DNA of 64,000 nucleotides from Candidatus Omnitrophota bacterium (GCA_035352955.1 DAOPYQ010000006.1:90456-154455); one strand, 5' to 3'; shown: positions 48,264 through 58,360, counted from the first letter of the stretch. Numbers and translations: made by a program. Notes: a model not told the origin generated them from the sequence alone.

Positions 48264-49574
48264 TTAGGATGCGGAAGAGGAATTGCTTTTTAGATTGAAA
48301 AGCACCACCAGCCACAAAAACATCGATCCCCAAAGCGGAAATCCCAAGAATCCCGCCCACGGGAAGATCATACCCATCGTCAAAGAGAAAGCGCAGATCC
48401 AGAAAGCCAGGAGAAGGAATCTCCGGGACCATGATCCGTGGGGATGCCGTTCCGTCATCGTGAGCGCGGCGAGGAACAGGAAGTAGACGATCGTGTAGTG
48501 GTGAATCTGGGTGACAGGCGAAGAAAACAGCATGAGCATGGGAAAGAGGGAGAATTCTGCCAGGAGCTTCAAAGAATCGTGGGTTTTTGGGGAACGGGTA
48601 TTGCGTGTGCTAAGGAGAGACAGCACGAAAAGCGTGAGGCTGAGGGGGGAAGTGATGATCAGGACGGACACATTATAGCGCCTGGCAAAGTGCTCGCTGG
48701 AGTGCCAGATGAATCGTGTGATGACCGCATAAAGCGACTGATTGTCCGCGGCGAAGGGTGTGAAAAGCTCATCCCACAGATAATGTTGATAGGCGGTGGC
48801 CGATTGCGAGATCGACATCAAATGGCGCCAGGTTTTCAAAAGTTCCAGGTTCTGGTGAAAGCCGACGGCCAGGGACGGGATCAGGAAGAAGAAAAGGCCA
48901 AATCCTACGAGCGTGCTGGCGAGGACTCTCCACTCCCGTTTAATTAGAAAGAAGAAAACAAGGAACGCGAGAGGGCTGATCTTGAGAGTGACCGCAAAGG
49001 CGAGCAAAAGGCCGGTCAGGATCTTGTGCTGTTTTAGATAACTATAAAAAACGGCCGCCATAAAAAAAAGAGTGACAACGCCGAATTGCCCTCGTGTGAG
49101 CGTGTTGAGGATTATGGGAAGGCAGAGAAGAATCGCCAGCGAGATCTGCCACGGCGCAGGGCGGCATCCCGGTGATGCCGACACGTTCGCCTGGTTTTGG
49201 CAGCCGGTCTTTTCAGGGAGTTTTCGCGAAAGCCAGACCGTTCCGGCGAGGCAAGCGATGGAGAATAGGTAAGCCAGGCTTACCGAGGCGCTCAGCGGCC
49301 ATTTTGAGACCGGCGCTAGGAGGATCGCCAAAAGCGGGGAATAGACATAATGCCAGCCCCGTTTGCTTACGGTTTCATACATGAAGCCTGGCCGGCCTTC
49401 CGCAACGGTTTCTCCGGCCTTCAAGAACACCGGCAGGTCGGTGCGCTGCTTCGGGCTGACGGCGCCGCGGTAAAATGTGGAAGCGCCGACAGCGAAAAAA
49501 AAGACGGCAAGCGCCAGCACGCCGGGCCATTTTTTCCGGAAAAAGAACTCCAAGATGCGTCGTAAAAGATCCAT
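48264..49574 (-). CDS. polytopic membrane glycosyltransferase-like protein (GT87/DUF2029 family)
   Basis: 436 aa, ~10-12 TM helices. N-terminal topology and conserved acidic/aromatic loop typical of DUF2029 mannosyltransferase-like proteins. Confidence 0.55.
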   Translation of the reverse strand: MDLLRRILEFFFRKKWPGVLALAVFFFAVGASTFYRGAVSPKQRTDLPVFLKAGETVAEGRPGFMYETVSKRGWHYVYSPLLAILLAPVSKWPLSASVSLAYLFSIACLAGTVWLSRKLPEKTGCQNQANVSASPGCRPAPWQISLAILLCLPIILNTLTRGQFGVVTLFFMAAVFYSYLKQHKILTGLLLAFAVTLKISPLAFLVFFFLIKREWRVLASTLVGFGLFFFLIPSLAVGFHQNLELLKTWRHLMSISQSATAYQHYLWDELFTPFAADNQSLYAVITRFIWHSSEHFARRYNVSVLIITSPLSLTLFVLSLLSTRNTRSPKTHDSLKLLAEFSLFPMLMLFSSPVTQIHHYTIVYFLFLAALTMTERHPHGSWSRRFLLLAFWICAFSLTMGMIFPWAGFLGFPLWGSMFLWLVVLFNLKSNSSSAS

Positions 49575-49680
49575 TTTTCCTCAATTTGTTTGTTGATGCT
49601 TTTACACTAAACGAAGTATAATCTCAACTCATTTTTGGTTTTTTCCGTGAGCACGTTTAACCCAAAAGGAACAGCTCCCC

Positions 49681-50757
49681 GTGAATATGACGAACGCGCG
49701 CAAAAGGTTGTACGAAGCAAAGATCATCCAGGAGGACATCGAGCAGCTGGCGAAGCACCTCAAGGATCAGGCCGGGCATTTTGAAGGAAAAACCTTTCTT
49801 GTGACCGGGGCGGGCGGGTTCCTCGGCAATTATATCGTTCTGCTCTTCCGCTATCTCAACAAATATGTCCTGAAGAACAAACTTTCGGCCATTCTCCTCG
49901 ATAATTTCATCACCGGCTACGAGCAGCAGATCCTCTCCGATGACCATCTGACGTTCCAGAAGCATAACGTCATCGAGCCTTTTAAGACGGACAAAAAGAT
50001 CGATTATCTGATCCACGCCGCCGGGATCGCTTCGCCGGTCTATTACACCAAGTTCCCGGTCGAGACGATGGACGTCGGGACCATTGGGACACGGAACATG
50101 CTTGAACTCGCCCGCGAGAAGAAGGTTCAGAGCTTCCTCTTCACGAGTTCCAGCGAGGTTTACGGCGATCCGGACAATAAATTCGTTCCGACGGCTGAGG
50201 AATACCGCGGTAACGTTTCTATCATCGGGCCGCGCGCTTGCTACGACGAATCCAAGCGGTTCGGTGAGACCATGTGCGTGACTTTTTGGCATGTCTACGG
50301 TGTTCCGGTCAAGATGGTGCGGCCGTTCAACGTGTACGGCCCCGGCATCCGTCCGGACGATTACCGGGTCCTTCCGAACTTTATTGAGCACGCGCTCCGC
50401 AAGGAACCGCTTCCGATCCACGGCGATGGCCGTAACACGCGCGCGTTCTGCTACATCAATGATGCGATCGAGATGATCTTCCGGGTCCTTTTTTCGGACG
50501 CCCACGGCGAGGCGTTCAATATCGGGAATCCCGAGCAGGAGATCTCGGTTGAAGATCTTGCGAAATGCGTGGTCGAGGCGCTGCCGTATCCCGTGGACAT
50601 TGTGCACATCGATCCGCCGCATGCCGTGTACGCGCAAAGTGATCCCAAGAGGCGCTGCCCCGACATTTCCAAGGTGCAGAGGGTTACGGGGTTTAAGCCC
50701 AAGTACACTCTGAAAGAAGGGCTTGCCAGGACCGTGGCCTGGTTCCGCGAATCCTAA
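49681..50757 (+). CDS. NAD-dependent epimerase/dehydratase (UDP-glucuronate decarboxylase / UXS-like extended SDR)
   Basis: 358 aa. TGAGGFLG Rossmann motif, catalytic YxxxK (YDESKRFGE), UXS-like C-terminal region. Confidence 0.8.
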   Translation: MNMTNARKRLYEAKIIQEDIEQLAKHLKDQAGHFEGKTFLVTGAGGFLGNYIVLLFRYLNKYVLKNKLSAILLDNFITGYEQQILSDDHLTFQKHNVIEPFKTDKKIDYLIHAAGIASPVYYTKFPVETMDVGTIGTRNMLELAREKKVQSFLFTSSSEVYGDPDNKFVPTAEEYRGNVSIIGPRACYDESKRFGETMCVTFWHVYGVPVKMVRPFNVYGPGIRPDDYRVLPNFIEHALRKEPLPIHGDGRNTRAFCYINDAIEMIFRVLFSDAHGEAFNIGNPEQEISVEDLAKCVVEALPYPVDIVHIDPPHAVYAQSDPKRRCPDISKVQRVTGFKPKYTLKEGLARTVAWFRES

Positions 50758-50794
50758 CCATTCATTTCATCGATACCATCAAAAAGGAGAAATT

Positions 50795-51208
50795 ATGGAG
50801 CTTGAAACCGTAAAGCACATCGCCCCGGCCTTTGTGGACGCCCGCGGCGAGATCATCAACGTGTTCGAAGGCACGACAGGGCATGTGGCCTACATTACGT
50901 CGAAAAAGGGCTCTGTCCGCGCGAACCACTACCACAAAAAAGATGTTCAGTACATGTACCTGATCAGCGGCGCGTATGACAGCTACAGCTGCGATATCAA
51001 AGACCCTTCCAAGAAACAGGTTCTCAAAGTAAAGGCCGGGGACATCGTGGCGACGCCGCCGCTTGTGGCTCACGCCCAGAAGTTCACGGAAGATTCCGTG
51101 TTCCTTTCCCTGACGACCCGCGAGCGGGAAGATGGCAAGTACGAGGAAGATACCCTCGCGTACCCCGTGATCGAAGGTTATTTGAATAAAGAACTGAAGA
51201 CGAAATAA
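50795..51208 (+). CDS. cupin-fold protein (sugar epimerase/isomerase-like, WxcM/RmlC-like)
   Basis: 137 aa from ATG 50795 (AAAGGAGAAA RBS). Two-His cupin motif HYHKK...AH. Confidence 0.6.
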   Translation: MELETVKHIAPAFVDARGEIINVFEGTTGHVAYITSKKGSVRANHYHKKDVQYMYLISGAYDSYSCDIKDPSKKQVLKVKAGDIVATPPLVAHAQKFTEDSVFLSLTTREREDGKYEEDTLAYPVIEGYLNKELKTK

Positions 51209-51930
51209 TGAATCGTGTTGTTGTTGTCACCGGCGCTTGCGGCGGGCTGGGGGTCGAGCTTGCGAAGAAATTCCTTCAGTTCGGCGACACCGTTTTTGGG
51301 ATCGATCTCAAAAAGGACAAGGTCGCGTGTGCGGCGATCGGATCTTCCGGTTTCAGGCTTCTCACGGGCGATCTGACCGCCGAAAAAAGCGTCAAGGCTC
51401 TTGTCGCTGCGATCCTCAAACAGGCGGGCAGGATCGATCTTTTGATCAATAACGCGGGCTATTGCGGTCCGCTTACCCGCGTCGAAGACAGTTCCCTCAA
51501 GGATTTCCAGAAGCACATGAAACGTAACCTGTTGACCGCCTTCCTCATGTGCAAGTATGCGATCCCCGGAATGCTTCGCCAGAAGCAGGGGCTGATCATC
51601 AACATCTCATCGATGGCCGGGACGCGCGCGGTGCCGCGCTTGATGGCTTATTCCGCGAGCAAGTTCGGCGTTCTCGCGCTTTCGCAGTGCATTGCCAAAG
51701 AAAACCTCGAAACCGGTCTTCGGTGCGTGACGGTTTGTCCTGGGGGAATGAACACGCCGATGCGGCGCGAGCTGTTCGGTTCCGAGGACGCGGCGAGACA
51801 GCAGACGCCGGTTTTTATGGCGGACATCATCTCTCAGGTTGCGGACGGGAAGATCGAGGTCCTTTCCGGCGGACGTATCGTTATCCGCTACGGAAAGATC
51901 ACCGAGATCGCGCCGCCTCCGGCCGCATGA
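51208..51930 (+). CDS. SDR-family oxidoreductase
   Basis: 240 aa. TGACGGLG, NNAG, S...YxxxK (YSASK). Confidence 0.8.
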   Translation: MNRVVVVTGACGGLGVELAKKFLQFGDTVFGIDLKKDKVACAAIGSSGFRLLTGDLTAEKSVKALVAAILKQAGRIDLLINNAGYCGPLTRVEDSSLKDFQKHMKRNLLTAFLMCKYAIPGMLRQKQGLIINISSMAGTRAVPRLMAYSASKFGVLALSQCIAKENLETGLRCVTVCPGGMNTPMRRELFGSEDAARQQTPVFMADIISQVADGKIEVLSGGRIVIRYGKITEIAPPPAA

Positions 51931-51948
51931 CCCAAAGGAAAAAGATCC

Positions 51949-53193
51949 ATGGACTTCAATCAATATAAGCGAAAAACATGCCGGTACTGCGATACGCCGC
52001 TTGGCGCACCGTTCCTTGATCTCGGAATCCAGCCGCTCGCCAATAATCTCCCGCGCAGGGAAGACGCCGGGAAGCCGGAGTTCCACTGTCCTCTTGCCGT
52101 TGTCAAATGCCCGAAGTGCCACCTGGTGCAGCTGACGCATTCCGTGCCGGGGCATTTGATGTTCGATGAATACCTTTACGTCAGTTCCACCACCCAGACC
52201 TTCCGGACCCATTTTGCCGGCTACGCGGCCGATGTCAGGGCCCGGCTTTCCGGTAAGGACCGGCCGCTAGGGGTCGATATCGGCAGCAACGACGGTCTTC
52301 TTGTTTCCTGTTATGAAAAGGCCGGGATGCGCGGCGTCGGGATCGAACCTGCCAAGAATCTTGCGGCGGAGGCGAACCGGCAGGGTGTCACGACCCTCAA
52401 CCGTTATTTCGGCGAAGACTCGGTGAGAGAAGTCATCGCGAAGTACGGGAAGGCGGATGCGATCAGTGCGAACAACGTGTTCGCGCATATCGACGATATC
52501 CAGTCGGTTGCCAGAAACGTCCGGGAACTTCTGGCGGACGACGGATTTTTCGTAATCGAGTTCGCGTACCTGGTGACCATGCTTGAGAAAATGTTCTTCG
52601 ATATGGTTTATCACGAACACGTCTGCTACATCGGCGTGACCGCGCTCGGGTTCCTGGTGGGAAGGTTCGGGATGGAGATCTTCGATGTCAAGGAAGTTGA
52701 CACGCACGGCGGGTCGCTCCGCGTTTTTATGCAAAAAAAAGGTGGCCCGCGCGGGCGTACTCCGGCCGTGGACCGGTTCCTCGCGCTGGAAAAAGAGAGA
52801 GGTTGCCTTGACGAAAAAGTTTACCGGGAGTTCGGCGCGAGGGTGATGGGTTTTAAACAAAACCTGAACGGGATGATCGCAGACCTTCGCAAGCAGGGGA
52901 AGACGATCTCCGGGTACGGCGCGCCGGCCAAGGCCTCGACGATCATCAATTTTTGCGAGTTGACCCCGGACCAGATCGTCTACATCGTGGATGACAATCC
53001 GCTTAAGCAGGACCGCCTCGTGCCCGGGAGAAAGATCCCGATCGTCCCGAGCGCACATCTGAACGCCCATCCCACGGATTACGTGCTCATCTTCGCCTGG
53101 AACTTCGCCAAAGAGATCATTGCGAAGATCGAGCCGTTACGGGCGAAAGGTGTCCGTTTCATCATTCCGCTTCCCGAACCCGTTCTCGCCTGA
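51949..53193 (+). CDS. NDP-sugar C-methyltransferase-like (Zn-ribbon + class I SAM MTase + C-methyltransferase C-terminal domain)
   Basis: 414 aa. N-terminal CxxC...CxxC Zn ribbon (CRYC...CPKC). SAM motif GVDIGSNDG. TylC3/NovU-like architecture. Confidence 0.7.
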   Translation: MDFNQYKRKTCRYCDTPLGAPFLDLGIQPLANNLPRREDAGKPEFHCPLAVVKCPKCHLVQLTHSVPGHLMFDEYLYVSSTTQTFRTHFAGYAADVRARLSGKDRPLGVDIGSNDGLLVSCYEKAGMRGVGIEPAKNLAAEANRQGVTTLNRYFGEDSVREVIAKYGKADAISANNVFAHIDDIQSVARNVRELLADDGFFVIEFAYLVTMLEKMFFDMVYHEHVCYIGVTALGFLVGRFGMEIFDVKEVDTHGGSLRVFMQKKGGPRGRTPAVDRFLALEKERGCLDEKVYREFGARVMGFKQNLNGMIADLRKQGKTISGYGAPAKASTIINFCELTPDQIVYIVDDNPLKQDRLVPGRKIPIVPSAHLNAHPTDYVLIFAWNFAKEIIAKIEPLRAKGVRFIIPLPEPVLA

Positions 53194-53267
53194 AGCTTCT
53201 CCGGTGCGCGGATCGCAGTCAAGGAAAAGCTTCAAATTTGTCCCGCGAAGGCCGATAATCTAAGGCA

Positions 53268-54794
53268 ATGAAAAAGACTTCCAAGAAAAAATCCAGGCCG
53301 TCCCCCAAAACCGGTTTTCCGCGTCGTCCAGGCCGGGCGATTCTCGCCCGGAAAAAGTGTGACGATCTTTTTGAACTGACCAATGATCTCATCCAGATCT
53401 TCAAGCCCGAGGGGACGCTGCTTGACGTCAATCCTTCGTGGAAAAAGGTCCTCGATTATAGTGAAGAAGACCTTACTACGCTCACGATCTTCAACATTAT
53501 TCATCCCCGGGACAAGCAGGAAAGTGAAGAGGTGTTCCGGGCCGTTTTCCGCGACGGCAAACCGCGCAAATTATCTGTCACGCTGATTAAAAAGACCGGC
53601 GGGGAAGTCCTGATCGAGGGGACAGTGAGCAGTGTGGTTTGCAAGGGCCGACCGACCGCGCTCCGGGGCATTTTTTGGGATGTGACCCGCCATAAGGAAT
53701 ACGAAGAGCTCAAGGACGAATTCATTAGTACGGTTTCGCATGAACTCCGGACGCCGCTTACGGTCGTCCGGGAGGGCGTGTCGCAGATGCGGGACGGATT
53801 GGCCGGGGAAATGACTCCGGATCAGAACGCTCTCCTGGATATGGTGCTTCAGAACGTGGACCGGTTGGCGAGGATCATCGAAGAGCTGCTCGACGTTTCC
53901 AAATTAGAGGCGGGACAGGTCCGGATCCAGCGGACCCTTTCCAACATCGTAGACGTGGTCCGGGGCGTGGTCGAAAACTTTCGGCCGGTGGCGCGCAGGA
54001 AGAATCTCGAGATCCATTTGCTTCCCGAAAAGGAAAAGATCGATATTTATATTGACCGGGAAAAGATCGTCCAGGTGCTGACCAATCTCATCAATAATGC
54101 TTTCAAATTTACAATCGAAGGCCACGTGAAGATTCATCTCCGCGAACTGGAGGATTTTGTAGAGTGCAAGGTTGCCGATACCGGGCGGGGGATTTCGAAG
54201 CTCGATCTTCCCAAGGCGTTCGAGAAATTCCGTCAGTTCGCGAAGGTCGTGGGGCCGGGCGAAAAGGGCACGGGGCTCGGACTTTCGATCTGTAAAAAGC
54301 TGATCCAGCTCCACCACGGGCAGGTTACGATCGAAAGCCTGCCGATGAAAGGGACCGTCGTGACGTTCCTTTTGCCGAAGTACACGCCGCGGGAACTTTT
54401 TAAGGAGTCGATCACCCTGGCGCTCAACAAATGCCAGGAGGACAAAAGCCCCCTCTCGGTCATCATTTTTGACCTTGTCAATTTCGACGTGTTGAAAAAA
54501 GACCTTGGCGAAAAACGCGCCGGGTGGATCGTTTCCAGGATGGAGCGGCTCCTTAACGAATCGTTGCGGCGCGCAGCGGACGTCGCTATCAAGGATTCGA
54601 AAGCGATCCTTGTGATCCTGCCGGACACGAAAAAAGAAAATGCCTATATCGTGCTGGGACGGCTTTACCAGCTTTTGCAGGAATATCTTTCCCGGGAACA
54701 ACGGTCCCCGAAGATCGAGATCCATAGTAGCGTGGCCTGTTTTCCTGAAGAAGCGGATACGATCGAAAAACTGCTCGACCAGATCTATGACTAG
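53268..54794 (+). CDS. PAS sensor histidine kinase with C-terminal degenerate GGDEF-like domain
   Basis: 508 aa. PAS, HisKA (FISTVSHELRTPL), HATPase_c, then a ~150-aa C-terminal domain with GGDEF-fold-like pattern but no GGDEF/GGEEF motif. Confidence 0.75.
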   Translation: MKKTSKKKSRPSPKTGFPRRPGRAILARKKCDDLFELTNDLIQIFKPEGTLLDVNPSWKKVLDYSEEDLTTLTIFNIIHPRDKQESEEVFRAVFRDGKPRKLSVTLIKKTGGEVLIEGTVSSVVCKGRPTALRGIFWDVTRHKEYEELKDEFISTVSHELRTPLTVVREGVSQMRDGLAGEMTPDQNALLDMVLQNVDRLARIIEELLDVSKLEAGQVRIQRTLSNIVDVVRGVVENFRPVARRKNLEIHLLPEKEKIDIYIDREKIVQVLTNLINNAFKFTIEGHVKIHLRELEDFVECKVADTGRGISKLDLPKAFEKFRQFAKVVGPGEKGTGLGLSICKKLIQLHHGQVTIESLPMKGTVVTFLLPKYTPRELFKESITLALNKCQEDKSPLSVIIFDLVNFDVLKKDLGEKRAGWIVSRMERLLNESLRRAADVAIKDSKAILVILPDTKKENAYIVLGRLYQLLQEYLSREQRSPKIEIHSSVACFPEEADTIEKLLDQIYD

Positions 54795-54817
54795 ATTCGT
54801 GGGGCGGAGAGTGCAGC

Positions 54818-55192
54818 ATGGCTAAAAAAATACTTGTGATCGATGACGAACCGGACATCCTGACGATGGTCGCGAAACGTCTTGACGCGAACCGTTATAC
54901 GGTGGTCACCGCCGGTTCCGGCGAGGAAGGGCTCGCGAAGGCCAAACAAGAATGCCCCGACCTGGTGTTTTTGGATTATATTATGCCCGGGATGACGGGG
55001 GATGAGGTCTTGTGCCGTTTGAAACAGGATCCGGAGACGAAGAAGATTCCCGTGATCATTTTTACGGCGGCCACAAAGAAAATGAAAGTCGGAGAGTTCC
55101 AGGCGTTGGGGGCGGCGGGGTGCCTTTTTAAGCCGTTCACTTCGGACGGTCTCCTCGGCAGGATCCGTGAAGTTCTTGGAGGCGAAGCATAA
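54818..55192 (+). CDS. CheY-like response regulator receiver (stand-alone)
   Basis: 124 aa. KILVIDDEPD...LVFLDYIMPG...K pattern. Confidence 0.85.
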   Translation: MAKKILVIDDEPDILTMVAKRLDANRYTVVTAGSGEEGLAKAKQECPDLVFLDYIMPGMTGDEVLCRLKQDPETKKIPVIIFTAATKKMKVGEFQALGAAGCLFKPFTSDGLLGRIREVLGGEA

Positions 55193-55249
55193 TCTTTCCG
55201 GTTCTTCCGGCCCGTCTTTTTCGAAATCCTGGAAAATCCAAAATCCATT

Positions 55250-56137
55250 ATGAAGATATCCGAATTTTATAAAAAACAACGTCACACGATCTCCTTCGAG
55301 TTCTTTCCTCCCAAAACCCCGGAGGGGGAAGTCAAGCTTTACCAGACCGTGAGCGACCTGAAAAAATTGTCGCCTTCGTTCGTCTCCGTTACTTATGGGG
55401 CGCTCGGGACCACCCAGGCGAACACGCTACGGATCGTCGGCGAGATCAAGGAGAAGATCGGTCTTGAGGTTGCGGCGCATCTCACCTGTGTGGCGCACAG
55501 CCGTGACGAGATCGGAACGGTTCTCGGGAAATTGCGGGAAAAAGGCATCGAGAACATCGTGGCTCTCCGGGGAGACCCTCCGCAGGGAGAGACGGAGTTT
55601 AAGGCCCCGCCGAACGGTTTCCGTTACGCCTCCGAACTGGTGCGTTTTATCCGCCAGCATCCGGAATTCGGAAAGGTCTTTGCCATGGCGGTCGCGGGAT
55701 ACCCGGAAGGACATCCCGAATGTCGGGACAAACGGAAGGATCTCGAGCATCTTAAAATCAAGGTCGACGAAGGCGCGGATGGCGTTATGACCCAGCTTTT
55801 TTTCAATAACCGGGATTATTTTGATTTTGCGGAGCGTTGCCGAAAAATCGGGATCAAGGTCCCGATCGTGCCGGGGATCATGCCCGTGACGCACGGGCCT
55901 CAGATCGAGAAATTTTCCCGTATGTGCGGGGCAGCGATTCCGGAGAAGATCCGCCAGGCGATCGCGCGGTTCGGGGACGACCAGAATTCGGTTATGCGTT
56001 TCGGGATCGAATATGCCACGGAACAGTGCCGCGACCTTTTGCGCCAGGGCGCGCCGGGGCTTCACTTCTATACCCTGAACCAGTCTCTCGCGACCCGTGA
56101 GATCTTCAGCAATCTGGATCTTGCGGACAAGGCCTGA
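55250..56137 (+). CDS. metF: 5,10-methylenetetrahydrofolate reductase
   Basis: 295 aa. FEFFPPKT, VSVTYGA, TIM-barrel MTHFR motifs. Confidence 0.85.
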   Translation: MKISEFYKKQRHTISFEFFPPKTPEGEVKLYQTVSDLKKLSPSFVSVTYGALGTTQANTLRIVGEIKEKIGLEVAAHLTCVAHSRDEIGTVLGKLREKGIENIVALRGDPPQGETEFKAPPNGFRYASELVRFIRQHPEFGKVFAMAVAGYPEGHPECRDKRKDLEHLKIKVDEGADGVMTQLFFNNRDYFDFAERCRKIGIKVPIVPGIMPVTHGPQIEKFSRMCGAAIPEKIRQAIARFGDDQNSVMRFGIEYATEQCRDLLRQGAPGLHFYTLNQSLATREIFSNLDLADKA

Positions 56138-56196
56138 GCCTGTAAAATCAAACCGTCCGGGGCTTGTAAGGGACGTCATGAAGGGAATTATTCATT

Positions 56197-56628
56197 GTGA
56201 GTCAGTGGCATATCGGGGAGATCCTGATACAGAAAAGATTGATCGACTGGAAGCAGCTTGATGAAGCGCTGAACGAACAGAAACGGACCAACGAATTTGT
56301 CGGTGAGATTCTTGTTCGCAAGCAGTATGTCCCGCGGTTCCTGCTTTTCAAAGCCTTGGCTGAGCGGCACGCGATACCGTTTGTCGATCTTTCGAGTATT
56401 TTTATCGATCCGAATGCGATTCGGAAGATCCCGAAGAGTGTTGCGTTGAAATACAGTGTGATCCCGATCGAATTTCAGGATAGGACGATGATCCTCGGGA
56501 TCGATAACCCGGTGGCGGTGCTGCCGGAGCGTGAAATAACGGACATGGCGCAGGTTTCGTCGATCAAGACGGTGCTTTGTACCCCGGAAGCCGTTTCTCG
56601 GGCGATCGAGGAAAATTACGCGGCTTAA
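56197..56628 (+). CDS. stand-alone T2SSE_N / MshEN-like domain protein (putative c-di-GMP receptor)
   Basis: 143 aa, GTG start with AAGGGA RBS. Tandem MshEN-type motifs HIGEILIQKRLIDWKQLDEALNEQ and FVGEILVRKQYVPRFLLFKALAERH resemble the RLGxxLVxxGxIxxxxLxxALxxQ c-di-GMP-binding motif. Confidence 0.6.
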   Translation: MSQWHIGEILIQKRLIDWKQLDEALNEQKRTNEFVGEILVRKQYVPRFLLFKALAERHAIPFVDLSSIFIDPNAIRKIPKSVALKYSVIPIEFQDRTMILGIDNPVAVLPEREITDMAQVSSIKTVLCTPEAVSRAIEENYAA

Positions 56629-56649
56629 AGGCCCGGAAGGAAGGTTCTC

Positions 56650-58047
56650 ATGAAAAAAATAAAGGTCCGGTTCGAGAAAGATTCTTTGGGAACAAGGCCG
56701 GTGCCGGCCGCGGCCTACTACGGAATCGAAACGGTCCGGGCGGTCGAAAATTTTCCGATCTCCGGGCTCCGTTTTCATCCGGAATTTTTCCGGTCGCTCG
56801 CTCTCCTTAAAAAAGCCTGTGCTCAGGCGAATTTTTCGCTGCGGAGGCTGGATGCGCGCCGCGCTCGGGCGATCCTTAAAGCTTGCGACGAAGTGATCGC
56901 CGGCAAGCACCGGGACCATTTCGTGACGGATGCGTTGCAGTCCGGAGCCGGGGTTTCGGCGCACATGAACATGAATGAAGTCCTGACGAACCGGGCGCTC
57001 GAGATCCTCGGCCGTAAGCGCGGCGATCATGCGGCGATTCATTCTCACGACCATGTGAATATGGGGCAGTCGACCAACGATGTTGTCCCGACGGCGCTTA
57101 GGATCGCCGCGTTGAAGATGGCGAAGGATCTTGCCGCGGCGTCGCGGACGTTGGAGCAGGCCCTTCTTAAAAAGGCGCGTGAGTTCCGCAGTATCGTTAA
57201 AGCGGGGAGGACCCATCTTCAGGATGCCGCGCCGGTCACGCTCGGCCAGGAATTCGGAGGTTGGGCCCGGCAACTCGAAAAAGGACGGAAGAGGATTGAA
57301 CAATTGGCCGCGGGTCTTTTGGAACTCGGCATCGGCGGTTCTGCGGTCGGGACCGGCCTCAATACTTCGTTACGTTATACCCGGGCGGTCATTGGAAATT
57401 TGAAAAAGCTGACCGGATTTCCGGTCCGGAAGGCCCAGGACCTTTTTGCCGTGATGCAGAACGATGCGGATTTCGCGGCGGTGTCCGGTGCTCTCCGGGA
57501 TTACTCGCTTTCGATGATCCAGATCGCGAACGATCTCCGGTTGCTGAGTTCCGGCCCGAACACCGGGTTTGGCGAGATCCAGTTACCGGCGCTTCAGCCC
57601 GGTTCTTCGATTATGCCGGGAAAAGTGAATCCCGTGATCCCTGAAGTGGCGGCGCAGGTCGGTTATCAGATCGTTGGCAATGATACCGCGATCGCATTTG
57701 CGGCGGCGGCGGGGGAGTGTGAGCTCAATGTCATGCGTCCCGTGATCGTCCACAACTTGCTGCAGTCGTTTGAGATCCTCAAAAATACGCTGAAGGTGCT
57801 TGCGGTCAAGTGCGTGGGCGGCATCAAGGCGAACGAGGAAAAGTGCCGTCTGAATTCGGAAAAGAGCTTTGGCATCGCGGCAGCCCTTAACCCCTATATC
57901 GGCTATTCCAAGGCTGCGGAATGTGTCAAAGAAGCCACCCGGACAGGGAAGACCCTGAGGCAAGTCGTTTTGGATAAAGGGTTTATGACGGAGAAGCAGC
58001 TTTCCAAAGTCCTCTCCCCGGGGAATCTTACAAAGCCGCCGCGATAG
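56650..58047 (+). CDS. aspA: aspartate ammonia-lyase (fumarase/aspartase class II family)
   Basis: 465 aa. Signature GSSIMPGKVNPVIPEV (AspA-like VxPEV after the SS loop). EKDSLGTRPVPAAAYYG N-terminus. Confidence 0.75.
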   Translation: MKKIKVRFEKDSLGTRPVPAAAYYGIETVRAVENFPISGLRFHPEFFRSLALLKKACAQANFSLRRLDARRARAILKACDEVIAGKHRDHFVTDALQSGAGVSAHMNMNEVLTNRALEILGRKRGDHAAIHSHDHVNMGQSTNDVVPTALRIAALKMAKDLAAASRTLEQALLKKAREFRSIVKAGRTHLQDAAPVTLGQEFGGWARQLEKGRKRIEQLAAGLLELGIGGSAVGTGLNTSLRYTRAVIGNLKKLTGFPVRKAQDLFAVMQNDADFAAVSGALRDYSLSMIQIANDLRLLSSGPNTGFGEIQLPALQPGSSIMPGKVNPVIPEVAAQVGYQIVGNDTAIAFAAAAGECELNVMRPVIVHNLLQSFEILKNTLKVLAVKCVGGIKANEEKCRLNSEKSFGIAAALNPYIGYSKAAECVKEATRTGKTLRQVVLDKGFMTEKQLSKVLSPGNLTKPPR

Positions 58048-58360
58048 CATCTGACTAACTGATTTCGGCCGTTAGTTGAAGAAAAACGGCTCTCGTTTTC
58101 GCCCGGTCAGCGACTGCCCCAGGTGCTCCAAAAAAAGCCTTGTTGCCCAAAGCTTTTTTGTTATAATGTCGCTCCCAACTCAAAGAACCATCAGTACTTG
58201 GAGTGCCTCAGGGCAGTTTCAAGCCGCTTTTGTTTTTTTCTGCAGGTTGGAAAAATGACGGACCCTCCGAGCCGAAGGGAAAGGGAGGGTGACAATACTG
58301 ATCCCTCCGGAATGTCCCGGGGCTCAATTTGATGATTCCGTCATGTTTTTGAAAACACCC

